Source: an uncultured Lentimicrobiaceae bacterium (GTDB taxonomy: Bacteria; Bacteroidota; Bacteroidia; Bacteroidales; WCHB1-69). Taken from it: DNA of 64,000 bases. Below the pieces are notes generated by a model. That model saw only the letters and a list, made by a program, of their open reading frames with translations, was not told the DNA's origin and did no database searches. How positions within the stretch are numbered: position 1 is the first letter of the stretch; every line of letters starts with the position of its first letter. Both the position numbers and the translations under genes were made by a program. Location of the stretch: NCBI GenBank assembly GCA_964653595.1, contig CAZZHH010000001.1, positions 40,813-104,812 of the forward strand, given 5' to 3'. Positions 9,786 to 21,639 of the stretch are shown in pieces.

Positions 9786-11222
9786 ATGAATCAGAGCAAA
9801 ATAAGCCTTTCAGAGTTGATTTGCAAGCATTTCTCATTTGAACCCACAACGGATCAAATGGAGGCAATTAAATTAATGGCTAACTTTCTCCATAATTTTT
9901 TAAAAAAGGATCTTTTCATTTTAAAAGGATATGCTGGTACCGGAAAAACTTCTTTGGTAAGCACCATTGTGAATATCTTACCACACATAAACAAACGATC
10001 TGTATTGCTAGCACCTACTGGAAGAGCGGCAAAAGTGTTGTCCACTTACTCCAACAAACCAGCTTCTACCATCCATCGCAAGATATATCGAATGAACACC
10101 ATCGGTGGCGCTTCTTATTCTTCTGTTTCGCTTCAAGAGAACAAACACACCTACACCCTTTTTATTGTAGATGAAGCATCTATGATAAGTGATACAAATC
10201 AATACAACAATGGATTTGAAAGCAGAAATATTTTAGATGATTTAATAACCTATGTATATTCCGGAAATAATTGCAAATTATTATTAGTCGGCGATTCCGC
10301 TCAACTACCGCCAATAGGAACTATAATAAGCGCTGCAATTGACAAGCAACAAATGCAAAGTAAATATGGATTAGATATTTTTACGTATGAACTCAAAGAG
10401 GTATTACGCCAACAACAACACTCTGGCATATTAGCCAATGCGACCTATTTACGGAGACAAATAGAGCTTGAAAAAATTACTGGAAAGCTCTTTAAAACGA
10501 TTGGTTTTACGGATATTGTAAACATAAGTGGTGATCAACTGGAAGAGGTATTTAATCAAACCTATGGCCAATACCCTACAGAAGATATTGTATTAATAAC
10601 TAGAACAAACAAACGTGCAAACCTCTTTAATCGAGAAATCAGACAACGTATTTTATATAAAGAGCCCGAACTGTCGACTGGTGATTATATGATGGTAGTG
10701 AAGAATAACTATTATTGGTTACCCGAAGAATCTACTGCAGGATTTATTGCCAATGGAGACATCATCGAAATTCGAAAGGTAAAACGCCAACAGAGTATAT
10801 ATGATTTCGATTTTGCAGATACTACCTTTTCTCTTTGTGATTATCCATCGCATGAAGCCGTAGAAGCACGCTTATTATGTAGTACCATCGATTCTGAAGC
10901 TCCAGCTCTAACTACAGAAGAACAAAATTCACTGTACAATAGCATTAAAGAGGACTATAGCGATATAAAATCAAAAGCCAAGCTATATGCCACCCTTAAA
11001 AAAGATCCTTGGTATAATGCATTGCAAGTGAAGTACGCTTATGCATTGACTTGTCATAAAACGCAAGGCGGACAGTGGAAAGTTGTTTTTATTGACCAGG
11101 GATTTCTAACAAAAGAGATGGTTAACAGTGAATATCTAAGATGGCTGTATACCGCTATCACAAGGGCTACAGAAAAAGTTTATCTGATAAATTTTCATGA
11201 TGATTTTTTTATTGATAAGTAA
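9786..11222 (+). CDS. RecD-like SF1 DNA helicase / AAA ATPase
   Basis: Walker A GYAGTGKTS, Walker B LFIVDEASMI, and a C-terminal motif ALTCHKTQGGQW (UvrD_C_2-like). Start placed at the ATG 2 nt after the upstream stop; the track start at 9762 is TTG. Confidence 0.8.
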   Translation: MNQSKISLSELICKHFSFEPTTDQMEAIKLMANFLHNFLKKDLFILKGYAGTGKTSLVSTIVNILPHINKRSVLLAPTGRAAKVLSTYSNKPASTIHRKIYRMNTIGGASYSSVSLQENKHTYTLFIVDEASMISDTNQYNNGFESRNILDDLITYVYSGNNCKLLLVGDSAQLPPIGTIISAAIDKQQMQSKYGLDIFTYELKEVLRQQQHSGILANATYLRRQIELEKITGKLFKTIGFTDIVNISGDQLEEVFNQTYGQYPTEDIVLITRTNKRANLFNREIRQRILYKEPELSTGDYMMVVKNNYYWLPEESTAGFIANGDIIEIRKVKRQQSIYDFDFADTTFSLCDYPSHEAVEARLLCSTIDSEAPALTTEEQNSLYNSIKEDYSDIKSKAKLYATLKKDPWYNALQVKYAYALTCHKTQGGQWKVVFIDQGFLTKEMVNSEYLRWLYTAITRATEKVYLINFHDDFFIDK

Positions 11223-11270
11223 AGTGGTATTTTGAAAAACCACCCTACAAAACTCCAAAATATTAAATAA

Positions 11271-11381
11271 TTAATCCGATTCAATTTTAACCCAGAATCA
11301 GCGATACAATCGCTGAAACGATTAAATGTTTCTAAATCAATTCGTTGACACGAATTGAAACAAACATTAAATCGGGATTAA
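11271..11381 (+). other. Nested inverted repeats in the helicase-holB intergenic region
   Basis: Perfect 7-bp hairpins cagcgat/atcgctg (11299-11315) and caattcg/cgaattg (11338-11357). The second is extended by gattaaatgttt / aaacattaaatc (1 mismatch). The whole is flanked by ttaatccgat / atcgggattaa. Confidence 0.6.
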
Positions 11382-11456
11382 ACTCAAATAAATCAAGTAG
11401 TTCGATTTTTTTAAATCTCCTATTGATTAATTTGGGTTTAATCAAGCTAATTTTTG

Positions 11457-11464
11457 TAATTTTG
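11457..11464 (+). promoter_or_regulatory. Bacteroidetes -7 box (TAnnTTTG) for holB
   Basis: taattttg lies 19 nt upstream of the ATG at 11484. Confidence 0.4.
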
Positions 11465-11483
11465 ATTTTTCAAACTTTTGAAT

Positions 11484-12608
11484 ATGCAATTTAGAGATGT
11501 AATAGGACATGAAGAGTTAAAAAAAAGGCTAATCAATAGTGTTAGAAACAACCGAATTAGTCATGCTCAACTTTTTTATGGGGCTGAAGGCACTCATAAA
11601 ATGGCTTTGGCTATTGCATATTCTCAATACATCTTATGCACCCATAGAACAGAAACCGACTCTTGTGGGGTATGTCCATCATGTGTTAAAATGAGTAAAT
11701 TTCAACATCCAGATGTCCATTTCCACTACCCATATCCTGGAAAAGATTATGAAGATTGTTCCGAAAAGTGGAGACAATTGTTGACTCAAAACGATGGTCA
11801 TATTTCACTCAACGATTGGGGTATAATCTTAGATGCTAGCAATAAGCAATTCAAAATTTACACCGAACAAACCCTAAACATCATCCGACAAGTAGGGATG
11901 AAACCTTTTGAGTCGGAATTTAAGATTATCATCATTTGGCTCATTGAAAAAACCCATGCAACTGCCGTCTCTAAAATATTGAAATCTTTAGAAGAACCCA
12001 ATGATAAAACAATCTTTTTAATTATAACAGAGAATTATGAAGAGGTTATATCTACCATTATATCTAGAACACAACTGGTAAAACTCAACAGATTTTCTGA
12101 CAACGAAATTCGAAACGAATTGATAGAAAAGTATCATGCAGAAACCCGAAGAGCCTCGGAAATTGCACGTATATCGGATGGAAATTTCAACTATGCACTT
12201 TCTTTGTATAAACAAGGTGTCGACAATGCAGAACTTTCTTTATTCATTGAGTTTACAAGAAGTGCATTTACGTTCGCAAAAACATACAAGGAATTTGCAA
12301 AGATTAATTCAATAGTAGAACAGATATCTAAATTAGGAAGAGAAAAGATTAAATCCTTTTTGGAATTTTCGATTCTCATGTACCAACAAAGTTTTTATCT
12401 AAACAAACATACTACATCTATAAGTAGAATTACCTCCGATGAGAAAGATTTTTTAGACAAGTTCAACCAAGTTGTAACCGAAAACAACATCGAAAAATTA
12501 TACGAAGAGACCAATACTGCCATATTTCACATTATTCGTAATGGAAATGCAGGGATTGTATTAACAGATTATGCAATAAAAATTGGAACGGCGCTTTGTA
12601 AACGATAA
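11484..12608 (+). CDS. holB: DNA polymerase III subunit delta prime
   Basis: N-terminal clamp-loader AAA+ pattern (GHEELKKRL...RISHAQLFYG), a zinc-module CGVCPSCVKM, then HPDVHF and a SRTQ sensor segment. Start set to ATG; the track start is TTG. Confidence 0.8.
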   Translation: MQFRDVIGHEELKKRLINSVRNNRISHAQLFYGAEGTHKMALAIAYSQYILCTHRTETDSCGVCPSCVKMSKFQHPDVHFHYPYPGKDYEDCSEKWRQLLTQNDGHISLNDWGIILDASNKQFKIYTEQTLNIIRQVGMKPFESEFKIIIIWLIEKTHATAVSKILKSLEEPNDKTIFLIITENYEEVISTIISRTQLVKLNRFSDNEIRNELIEKYHAETRRASEIARISDGNFNYALSLYKQGVDNAELSLFIEFTRSAFTFAKTYKEFAKINSIVEQISKLGREKIKSFLEFSILMYQQSFYLNKHTTSISRITSDEKDFLDKFNQVVTENNIEKLYEETNTAIFHIIRNGNAGIVLTDYAIKIGTALCKR

Positions 12609-12616
12609 CTCACCAA

Positions 12617-14479
12617 TTACTCCCTAAAATACGCAATAGGCCCTTCGTTTTTTATCATTTTTTTTATCGACAGAGATGGTGAGTGAACAAATTCACCCAC
12701 CCCCAAAGATGGCCATTTTTCATCCACAATATCAATGGTTGTATCATCCATAGCAATCACATTTGGCCAATCTCGTTTAAAACCATCGGCATCTCTTTTT
12801 GCAGTAGCATCCACAATTAGGGATACCCGATGGAGATTCTCTATCAAAAAACAATCAAATTGCGGGTCTACATTTCCAGCTACTTGCCAGAGTAAAACAT
12901 CTAAATTGGAAATATCTACTGTATCATCAAAAACAATAATATATTTTGCATCGAGCCATTCGTGTTTTTGCAACAATGCACTTATTTCATCTCTTAGGAC
13001 AATTTTCTCCTCTTTGTTTACGGAAATCAACAAAATACCAAACAATGAATAAAATGAAAAGTTGATGTTCAACTTAGCATTGTCGAGATCTTGCACATTT
13101 AAATAACTATTATTTTCGGGATGAGAACTAATGCGTTTTGTGGCATCGATTCCAATTTTTCCACTCAACGCAAAATCTCTTCCAGCATGATCTAAAACAT
13201 CCGCAACACCCTTCGAAAATAGAATATCAGAGCGAAGATCTACCTGCGACAAAGCTTTTAAAACTTCCTCTTCATCAAATGGATTAGTATCTTTATCCAC
13301 CACAACCATAATTTTGTTGAACATCATTTGTCCTGCTCCCCACAGTGAGTTCATTACTGCATACGCATGACCAGGATATTTAACATCCAGTTGAACAATC
13401 GCCAAATTATGAAATCCACCTTGATAAGGTAAATTCATATCGATAATATCGGGTGCTACTGTAATTCGAATTGGTGAAAGGAAGATTCGTTCGGTGGTTT
13501 TTCCCAGCCATCTATCCTCCTGCGGAGGCACTCCCACAATGGTGGCAGGATAAACAGCCTCGGTGCGATGCGTAATACAGGTGATATGAAACTTTGGGTA
13601 AAAATCTGCTAATGAATAATACCCAGTATGATCGCCAAAAGGGCCCTCGTAAGCCAACTCTTCCTCTGGATCAATATATCCTTCTAACACAAAATCTGCA
13701 TCAGCAGCAACATACAAATCGTTTGTTTTACATTTTATCAAGCGGACCCGTTCGTTGCGCAAAAAACCAGCCAACATATACTCATCGATATTTTCGGGCA
13801 TCGGCGCCGATGCACAATATGCAAAAATTGGATCTCCTCCGATGGTGACAGAAACAGGCATTACCTTACCCATTTTCTTGTACAATTGATAATGACGAGC
13901 ACCATCTTTGTGCAAGTGCCAATGCATGGCAGTGGTACAAGAATCCAACACCTGCATTCGATACATCCCTACATTCATAACTCCAGTTTCTGGATTTTGA
14001 GTATGAACCATAGGGAGAGTTATAAACTTACCACCATCAAAGGGCCAACATTTTGGAATTGGCAGTCGATTTAAATCCGGAAAATGCATCATCTCTTGTT
14101 GACAAGCTGCTCTGCCACTACTTCTATTGGGCATCCATGTGGCTACGTCATTCAAGGTAGGCAAAAGCATCAGCTTGTCTTTAATGCTCATATTGGGTTT
14201 AGCTACTTTTTGTATCAGGGATAATATTCGCTTACCTACATCGTCCAGATTCTCTACATGTAAAATCATCTTCATGCGAATTTCACTACCATACATATTT
14301 AACAACAATGGAAACTCGGTACCATTGTTTTCAAAGAGCAAAGCCACTCCCCCGTTTTTAACCATTCGATCGTTAATTTCTGTAGCTTCCAGTTCGGGAC
14401 TTACTAATTCCGAAACTCGTTTCAACTGACCAAATGCCTCAAATGCATCTATTGCCTTATGTAAATCGTGAAAAGCCAT
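12617..14479 (-). CDS. UbiD-family (prenylated-FMN dependent) decarboxylase, menaquinone/ubiquinone-biosynthesis type
   Basis: 620 aa. Characteristic UbiD-family segments: LLFENNGTEFPLLLNMYGS, GMYRMQV, HWHLHKDGARH, GPFGDHTGYY. Confidence 0.8.
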   Translation of the reverse strand: MAFHDLHKAIDAFEAFGQLKRVSELVSPELEATEINDRMVKNGGVALLFENNGTEFPLLLNMYGSEIRMKMILHVENLDDVGKRILSLIQKVAKPNMSIKDKLMLLPTLNDVATWMPNRSSGRAACQQEMMHFPDLNRLPIPKCWPFDGGKFITLPMVHTQNPETGVMNVGMYRMQVLDSCTTAMHWHLHKDGARHYQLYKKMGKVMPVSVTIGGDPIFAYCASAPMPENIDEYMLAGFLRNERVRLIKCKTNDLYVAADADFVLEGYIDPEEELAYEGPFGDHTGYYSLADFYPKFHITCITHRTEAVYPATIVGVPPQEDRWLGKTTERIFLSPIRITVAPDIIDMNLPYQGGFHNLAIVQLDVKYPGHAYAVMNSLWGAGQMMFNKIMVVVDKDTNPFDEEEVLKALSQVDLRSDILFSKGVADVLDHAGRDFALSGKIGIDATKRISSHPENNSYLNVQDLDNAKLNINFSFYSLFGILLISVNKEEKIVLRDEISALLQKHEWLDAKYIIVFDDTVDISNLDVLLWQVAGNVDPQFDCFLIENLHRVSLIVDATAKRDADGFKRDWPNVIAMDDTTIDIVDEKWPSLGVGEFVHSPSLSIKKMIKNEGPIAYFRE

Positions 14480-14532
14480 AATGAAATAATATTAAAAACC
14501 TATCAAAAAAACCAATTTTCGTACAAACGGAT

Positions 14533-16164
<1,632 letters not shown>

Positions 16165-16379
16165 TTATTCTATTAATTTTCTTGGTTGTGTTTTACAATT
16201 ATGTTGGTATTTAATAACATTTTTTAGAGTTAAAGGTAAAATATTTGAAATTGTCATCCAGTCCAGATATATATCGGGACAGTTTGACAACCAAAATTTT
16301 AAAACCCACAATATTATAAAACAGAACCATTTTCTTTATCCAAAAACATTTACATTCAAAAATTTAAACTACGAGTGCA

Positions 16380-17675
16380 TTAAACCATTACTTCCCCTTC
16401 CAAGTCGAAATAACTTGCTGAAATAATTTTCACTTGGTAAAATGAGCCAATTTCCAAGTTTTTTTCAGATTCGATAATTACTTCATTATCTACCTCCGGG
16501 GAATCGAATTCGGTGCGCCCATAATATATTCCATCTTCGTATCGATCTAAAATCACCTCATACACATTTCCAATTTTAGATTCGTTAATAGCCAACGAAA
16601 TATCCTGTTGTAATTCCATTAACTCGCTCATTCTGCGCTCTTTGACTTCGGGTAAAACATCATCATTTAACAATGCAGCAGGAGTATTTTCTTCTACCGA
16701 ATATTGAAAAACACCCATTCGCTCAAATTGAGAGCTTGCAACAAAATCTTTTAACTCCAAAAATTGATCTTCCGTTTCACCAGGATAGCCAACAATCAAA
16801 GTGGTTCGTATGGCAATTCCAGGAATTTCTTTACGTAAGGTTTGTATCAGATCTATGGTAGTATCCTTAGTATGAGCACGTTTCATAGAATCTAGCAGAG
16901 AATCGTGGATGTGTTGAAAAGGAATATCGAGGTATTTACAAATGTTTGGGTATCGTTTCATCACTTCTATCACATCCATTGGAAAATTTGCTGGATAGGC
17001 ATAATGAAGTCTAATCCATTTTAACCCATCTACTTGAGCAAGCTCTTCTAAAAGCGCTGCCAATGCACGTTTTTGATAAATATCTACCCCATACATGGTC
17101 AGATCTTGTGCTATTAGAATCAACTCTTTCACGCCCTTTTTCACCAGCTCTTTGGTCTCTTCTACCAACGACTCTATGGTGCGTGAGACATGATTTCCCC
17201 TAATTAATGGAATAGCACAAAAGGAACAAGAGCGGTTGCACCCTTCCGAAATTTTTAAATAGGCATAATGGGATGGTGTGCTTAAGGTTCGCTCTCCAAT
17301 CAAAAAATCTTTATATTCGGATGAGATATTTTGAATAATCTTTTCATAATCATTGACACCATACCAACCATCAATACCCGAAATTTCGGCAGAAAGCTCA
17401 TCCTTATATCGTTCTACCAAACAACCCATCACATATAATTTGTCGATTTTTTTCTTTTTCTTCAGCTGTTTGTAAAGTAAAATGGTGTCAATGGACTCTT
17501 CTTTCGCATCGTTGATAAAACCGCAGGTATTAATGATGACTATATTTCCATTTTCGAATCCATGTTCGGCTAGAATATTTAAGTTATTAAATTGTCCTGC
17601 GATTACTTCTGAGTCGACACTGTTCTTGGAACATCCTAACGTGACAATATTGATGTGTGGTACTTTTGTTTTCAA
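16380..17675 (-). CDS. rimO: Ribosomal protein S12 methylthiotransferase RimO
   Basis: N-terminal TLGCSKNSVDSE, radical-SAM CNRSCSFCAIP, and a C-terminal TRAM-like domain. Length is 431 aa. Confidence 0.8.
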   Translation of the reverse strand: MKTKVPHINIVTLGCSKNSVDSEVIAGQFNNLNILAEHGFENGNIVIINTCGFINDAKEESIDTILLYKQLKKKKKIDKLYVMGCLVERYKDELSAEISGIDGWYGVNDYEKIIQNISSEYKDFLIGERTLSTPSHYAYLKISEGCNRSCSFCAIPLIRGNHVSRTIESLVEETKELVKKGVKELILIAQDLTMYGVDIYQKRALAALLEELAQVDGLKWIRLHYAYPANFPMDVIEVMKRYPNICKYLDIPFQHIHDSLLDSMKRAHTKDTTIDLIQTLRKEIPGIAIRTTLIVGYPGETEDQFLELKDFVASSQFERMGVFQYSVEENTPAALLNDDVLPEVKERRMSELMELQQDISLAINESKIGNVYEVILDRYEDGIYYGRTEFDSPEVDNEVIIESEKNLEIGSFYQVKIISASYFDLEGEVMV

Positions 17676-17820
17676 AATTATTTGATTTTATTTGCAAAAG
17701 TACTTATTTTTCACGAGATATGGAGGAAAATGGAGTACATTATTCCATAAAATAGGCTAATTCGAGTTTTGTAGATTATTTAGAGGGTACGGTTGGCATT
17801 TCGAAGTCCAGCAATTGCGA

Positions 17821-17856
17821 AATCAATTAAAAACTATTTTTAAATGAGCTGAAACA
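17821..17856. repeat. 36-nt direct repeat, copy A (downstream of rsgA)
   Basis: aatcaattaaaaactatttttaaatgagctgaaaca matches 19064-19099 with about 4 mismatches. Confidence 0.8.
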
Positions 17857-17906
17857 TATAAAAAACCTGTTAATAATAAATGTAATAATTTTTAGATTGA
17901 ATGAGC

Positions 17907-18974
17907 TTAGTATTTATTTTTCTTCATTTCCTTTTTGTAATTCTTAATCACTTTCCCAAACTCTTTATCCATTTTTCGTCTCTCTTCAACAGTTGATTCA
18001 AAATGTGTTTTTTCGCGCTCCATTTTCAAATAGTTTTCATAAGATTTTTTGTCAATTTCCCCTTTTTCAACTGCTTCAATTACCATACAACCGATTTCAT
18101 TCGTATGAGAACAATCTTTAAATTTGCAATTAAGCGAAAGGCGAATAATTCGGTCAAAAGTAGTTTCTAATCCGCTGGAAGTATCCGTAATTCCTACTTC
18201 TCTCATCCCCGGATTATCCACAAGAATACCGCCACTTTCAAGCACTATTAATTCCCTATGAGTTGTTATATGTCTTCCCTTGTTTGTACTTAGGCTAATA
18301 GAATCTGTTCTCATTAATGTTTTCCCTGACAGGTTGTTCAACAATGTTGACTTTCCCACTCCCGAAGAACCAAGCATACAATAGGTTTTGCCTTTCTCAA
18401 TAGTCATTTTAAGTGCTTCGTATCCATTTTGAGTTTCATTACTAATAGCAAAAACTTCAATGTCTGTTATTCTTTGTTTAATAGTGTCAGTAATTTCAAA
18501 AATCTTTTGCTGATCTATTAAATCCGTTTTCGTTAATACAATGATTGGTTTTACTTTAGACGAATAACAAATTGTCAGGTATCTTTCAAGTCTATTGATA
18601 TTAAAATCTCTGTCAACGGCTTGAATCAAGAATGCATAATCAATATTTGTTGCAATTATTTGTATTTCTCCAAATTGACCAACAGCTTGTCTGGTAATCA
18701 TGGATAGTCTTGGTAGGATTTTATGGATCACTGAAAAATCAGAATCGTATGTTGTCAATGCTACCCAATCGCCAACTGCAGGAAAATCTATACGACTATT
18801 TGCAGTAAACCGTAAATTGCCAGTTATTTCCGCTTCATATTCTCCGTTTTCAGTTTTTACAATATATCTTTCCTTATGTTCCGCAACGACTCTTCCAATC
18901 TGAAAGTCAGACAAGTTATTCTCCTTTCTTAATCTCTCTAGTTTATCATTATACCCTAAATCTTCTAATTTCAT
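17907..18974 (-). CDS. rsgA: Ribosome small-subunit-dependent GTPase A
   Basis: OB-fold N-terminus, circularly permuted GTPase (LTKTDL ... GSSGVGKSTLLN), and a C-terminal zinc motif CKFKDCSHTNEIGC. Confidence 0.85.
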   Translation of the reverse strand: MKLEDLGYNDKLERLRKENNLSDFQIGRVVAEHKERYIVKTENGEYEAEITGNLRFTANSRIDFPAVGDWVALTTYDSDFSVIHKILPRLSMITRQAVGQFGEIQIIATNIDYAFLIQAVDRDFNINRLERYLTICYSSKVKPIIVLTKTDLIDQQKIFEITDTIKQRITDIEVFAISNETQNGYEALKMTIEKGKTYCMLGSSGVGKSTLLNNLSGKTLMRTDSISLSTNKGRHITTHRELIVLESGGILVDNPGMREVGITDTSSGLETTFDRIIRLSLNCKFKDCSHTNEIGCMVIEAVEKGEIDKKSYENYLKMEREKTHFESTVEERRKMDKEFGKVIKNYKKEMKKNKY

Positions 18975-19063
18975 GTCAAATTTATTTAAAAATCAATTTT
19001 TCAATCAAAAGTACTACTGTTTTCAATTAGAAACATTAGATTCTCAATTTTTCCCTATTTAAA

Positions 19064-19099
19064 AATCAATTTAAAACTATTTTTAAATTAGATGAAATA
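19064..19099. repeat. 36-nt direct repeat, copy B (upstream of rsgA)
   Basis: aatcaatttaaaactatttttaaattagatgaaata; partner of 17821-17856. Confidence 0.8.
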
Positions 19100-19319
19100 C
19101 CATATTTCATTATCGCTATCGTAATGACTGCGAACTTTACGCGCTTCAAACATTTAATGTTTTCCAAAACCTTCCTTTTGTTTTAATTTTTCCCTTCTAT
19201 TATCGCTATCTCCTCGTCCGTTGGTTCATATAGCTTATTAAGGTACTCCCCATTAGTAGGACAGAATTAGGGCAAAGTTAAGATTTTTTCTTATTTTTCA
19301 GAAATAGATTATAATTAAA

Positions 19320-19327
19320 TATCTTTG
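19320..19327 (+). promoter_or_regulatory. Bacteroidetes -7 box (TAnnTTTG) for the MscS gene
   Basis: tatctttg lies 14 nt upstream of the ATG at 19342. Confidence 0.4.
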
Positions 19328-19341
19328 CAAAAAAAACAAAC

Positions 19342-20379
19342 ATGATATCATTAACACCCGAAATAAAGCAATATATTATTGCAGGATCCATTCTCATAAT
19401 TTCCCTATTTTGTGGCTTAATATTTAAAAAAATAGTAGTCAGAAAATTACGAAAGATCACCAACAAAACAAATTGGCAAGGCGATGATGTCATTTTGGAT
19501 GGGTTAAACAGAGCTGGAATCCCTATTTTTCTAGTTATTGGAATATACATTTCCGTACAGAATTTACCCTTAGAAGAGTCTGTCATAAAAATTCTAAACG
19601 TCATTTCAGTTGTTGTAATTTTGTTTACCGCAACTATTGTTTCGGGACGAATTGCTGCTGGATTTATCACCAACTACACCAATCGAAATAGCGAGCTGGT
19701 TCCCGCCACCTCTTTATTTTCAAACATCACCAAAGCCATTGTGTTTATTTTAGGCGGGTTGATTATCCTTCAATTTTTAGGAATCTCTATCACTCCTATT
19801 TTAACAGCATTAGGAGTTGGAGGGTTAGCAGTAGCATTAGCTTTACAAGATACATTATCCAACTTATTTTCGGGGTTGAACATCATTGCATCCAAACAAA
19901 TCAAACCAGGAGATTACATCAAACTCGACAATCAAGAAGAGGGTTTAGTAACCGATATTACATGGAGATACACTACTATTCAGGCCATGCCCAACAATCG
20001 CATAGTGGTGCCAAATTTCAAGTTAGCTTCAGCCATCATCACCAATTACAATCTACCCATAGAGGAGCTATCTGTAAGCATCCCTGTTAGTGTAAGCTAC
20101 GATAGCAATTTAGAAGAAATTGAAAAAATATCCCTCGAAGTAGCCAAAGAGATTCAAACATCGTATTCCGAAGCAATACCCACTCATGAACCGATAGTTC
20201 GTTTCAAGGAATTTGGACCTTCTGGAATACATTTTAATGTTATTTTAAAAGCAACCGATTTCAGCACTCAGTTTATACTAAAACATTTCTTTATCAAACG
20301 GTTGCATCAAGTTTTCCGCGAAAAAGGAATAGAAATTCCGTATCAAACCATAACGGTTTTAAATAACAGAAATACATAA
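19342..20379 (+). CDS. Mechanosensitive ion channel (MscS family)
   Basis: Several N-terminal TM helices, then the MscS pore/beta-domain pattern (GVGGLAVALALQDTLSNLFSG ... KPGDYI). Confidence 0.8.
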   Translation: MISLTPEIKQYIIAGSILIISLFCGLIFKKIVVRKLRKITNKTNWQGDDVILDGLNRAGIPIFLVIGIYISVQNLPLEESVIKILNVISVVVILFTATIVSGRIAAGFITNYTNRNSELVPATSLFSNITKAIVFILGGLIILQFLGISITPILTALGVGGLAVALALQDTLSNLFSGLNIIASKQIKPGDYIKLDNQEEGLVTDITWRYTTIQAMPNNRIVVPNFKLASAIITNYNLPIEELSVSIPVSVSYDSNLEEIEKISLEVAKEIQTSYSEAIPTHEPIVRFKEFGPSGIHFNVILKATDFSTQFILKHFFIKRLHQVFREKGIEIPYQTITVLNNRNT

Positions 20380-20553
20380 TAACCGATTCATCTATTATAT
20401 TTATCTTAACCCAATCTGCAAAACAAAGTTGTTTTTCTACTTTGTGAAACAACCCATGAATGCAAATATCTAGGTTAAATTTACAATATTTTAATTATAT
20501 TTCAATTTTTAACATATATTTCACAACAATTTATTGTTACTATAATAACATTA

Positions 20554-20571
20554 TTGTTACAATATTCACAA
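20554..20571. promoter_or_regulatory. Candidate Rex-type operator upstream of rnfB
   Basis: TTGTTACAATATTCACAA matches the Rex consensus TTGTGAA-N4-TTCACAA at 12 of 14 specified positions. A second TTATTGTTAC word lies at 20531-20540. Confidence 0.3.
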
Positions 20572-20746
20572 TGAAAATCAATTTAGAAATATTCTAACTA
20601 ATGTGTATTTTACTGTAATTCATAGAATTAAAAAAAGACGAAATTAATTATAGTAAAAATGAGTTTTCAGAATACTCGAAAAGAAAAAAAGTTAAATGAA
20701 TCTTTATAAATTTGCTTTAAAAATAAACTAAAAAAGGAGATTAAAA

Positions 20747-21604
20747 GTGGTTCAAATAATTCTTTATGCAGTATTAGCTTTAGGGTTAATAGGGATAGTT
20801 GCCGCCATCATTCTCTATTTCGTATCACAAAAGTTTAAAGTGATTGAAGATCCGAGGATTGATGAAGTGGCTGATCAATTACCAGGTGCAAACTGCGGTG
20901 GCTGTGGTTTTGCTGGCTGTAGAAATTTTGCTGAAGCGATTGTAAAAGCAGGGAATATGGACAATTTAAGTTGTCCAGTTGGAGGAAATGCGCTTGTAGC
21001 AGTCATTGCACCTATTATGGGAATAGAAGCTATAGAAAAAGCTCCCACTGTAGCTGTGGTAAGATGTAATGGGTCAAAGACTAATGCACCAGTAAAAACT
21101 ACATACGATGGAGCTCAGACATGCTCTTTTGCAAATGCTTTGTTTGCAGGAGAGAGTGGTTGTCCGTACGGATGTTTAGGTTGTGGGGATTGTGTTACAT
21201 CCTGTAAGTTTGATGCCATATACATGGACAAAGAGACTGGATTACCTGTAGTAATCGAAGACAAATGTGTTTCGTGTGGAGCATGTGTTAAGGCATGTCC
21301 AAGAAACATTATTGAAATACGATTACAAGGCAAGAAGAGCAGACGTATTTATGTAAATTGTATCAACAAAGAAAAAGGTGCAATTTCAAAGAAAAACTGT
21401 AGTGTAGCTTGTATTGGGTGTGGAAAATGTGTAAAACAATGTATGTTTGAAGCAATCACGTTGACAAACAATCTTGCGTATATCGATTCTGAAAAGTGCA
21501 AACTTTGTCGGAAATGTGCAAGTGAATGTCCTACAGGAGCAATTCTTGAATTAAATTTTCCACCACGCAAAGTGAGTGAAGTTGATTCAAATGTAGAAAA
21601 TTAA
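20747..21604 (+). CDS. rnfB: Rnf electron-transport complex subunit B
   Basis: N-terminal TM helix, CGGCGFAGC cluster motif, and several CxxCxxCxxxCP ferredoxin motifs. GTG start preceded by aaggag. Confidence 0.9.
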   Translation: MVQIILYAVLALGLIGIVAAIILYFVSQKFKVIEDPRIDEVADQLPGANCGGCGFAGCRNFAEAIVKAGNMDNLSCPVGGNALVAVIAPIMGIEAIEKAPTVAVVRCNGSKTNAPVKTTYDGAQTCSFANALFAGESGCPYGCLGCGDCVTSCKFDAIYMDKETGLPVVIEDKCVSCGACVKACPRNIIEIRLQGKKSRRIYVNCINKEKGAISKKNCSVACIGCGKCVKQCMFEAITLTNNLAYIDSEKCKLCRKCASECPTGAILELNFPPRKVSEVDSNVEN

Positions 21605-21639
21605 AAAATTTATAATCATTCAAACAAAGGAGGATTACC

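Noticed and set aside
12735-14429. Several 60-105-aa plus-strand ORFs
   Set aside because: All lie antisense within the UbiD-family gene, which has continuous family motifs.
19278-19673. 131-aa minus-strand ORF overlapping the start of the MscS gene
   Set aside because: It overlaps the MscS promoter and N-terminus. The plus-strand gene has clear family motifs and a -7 box.
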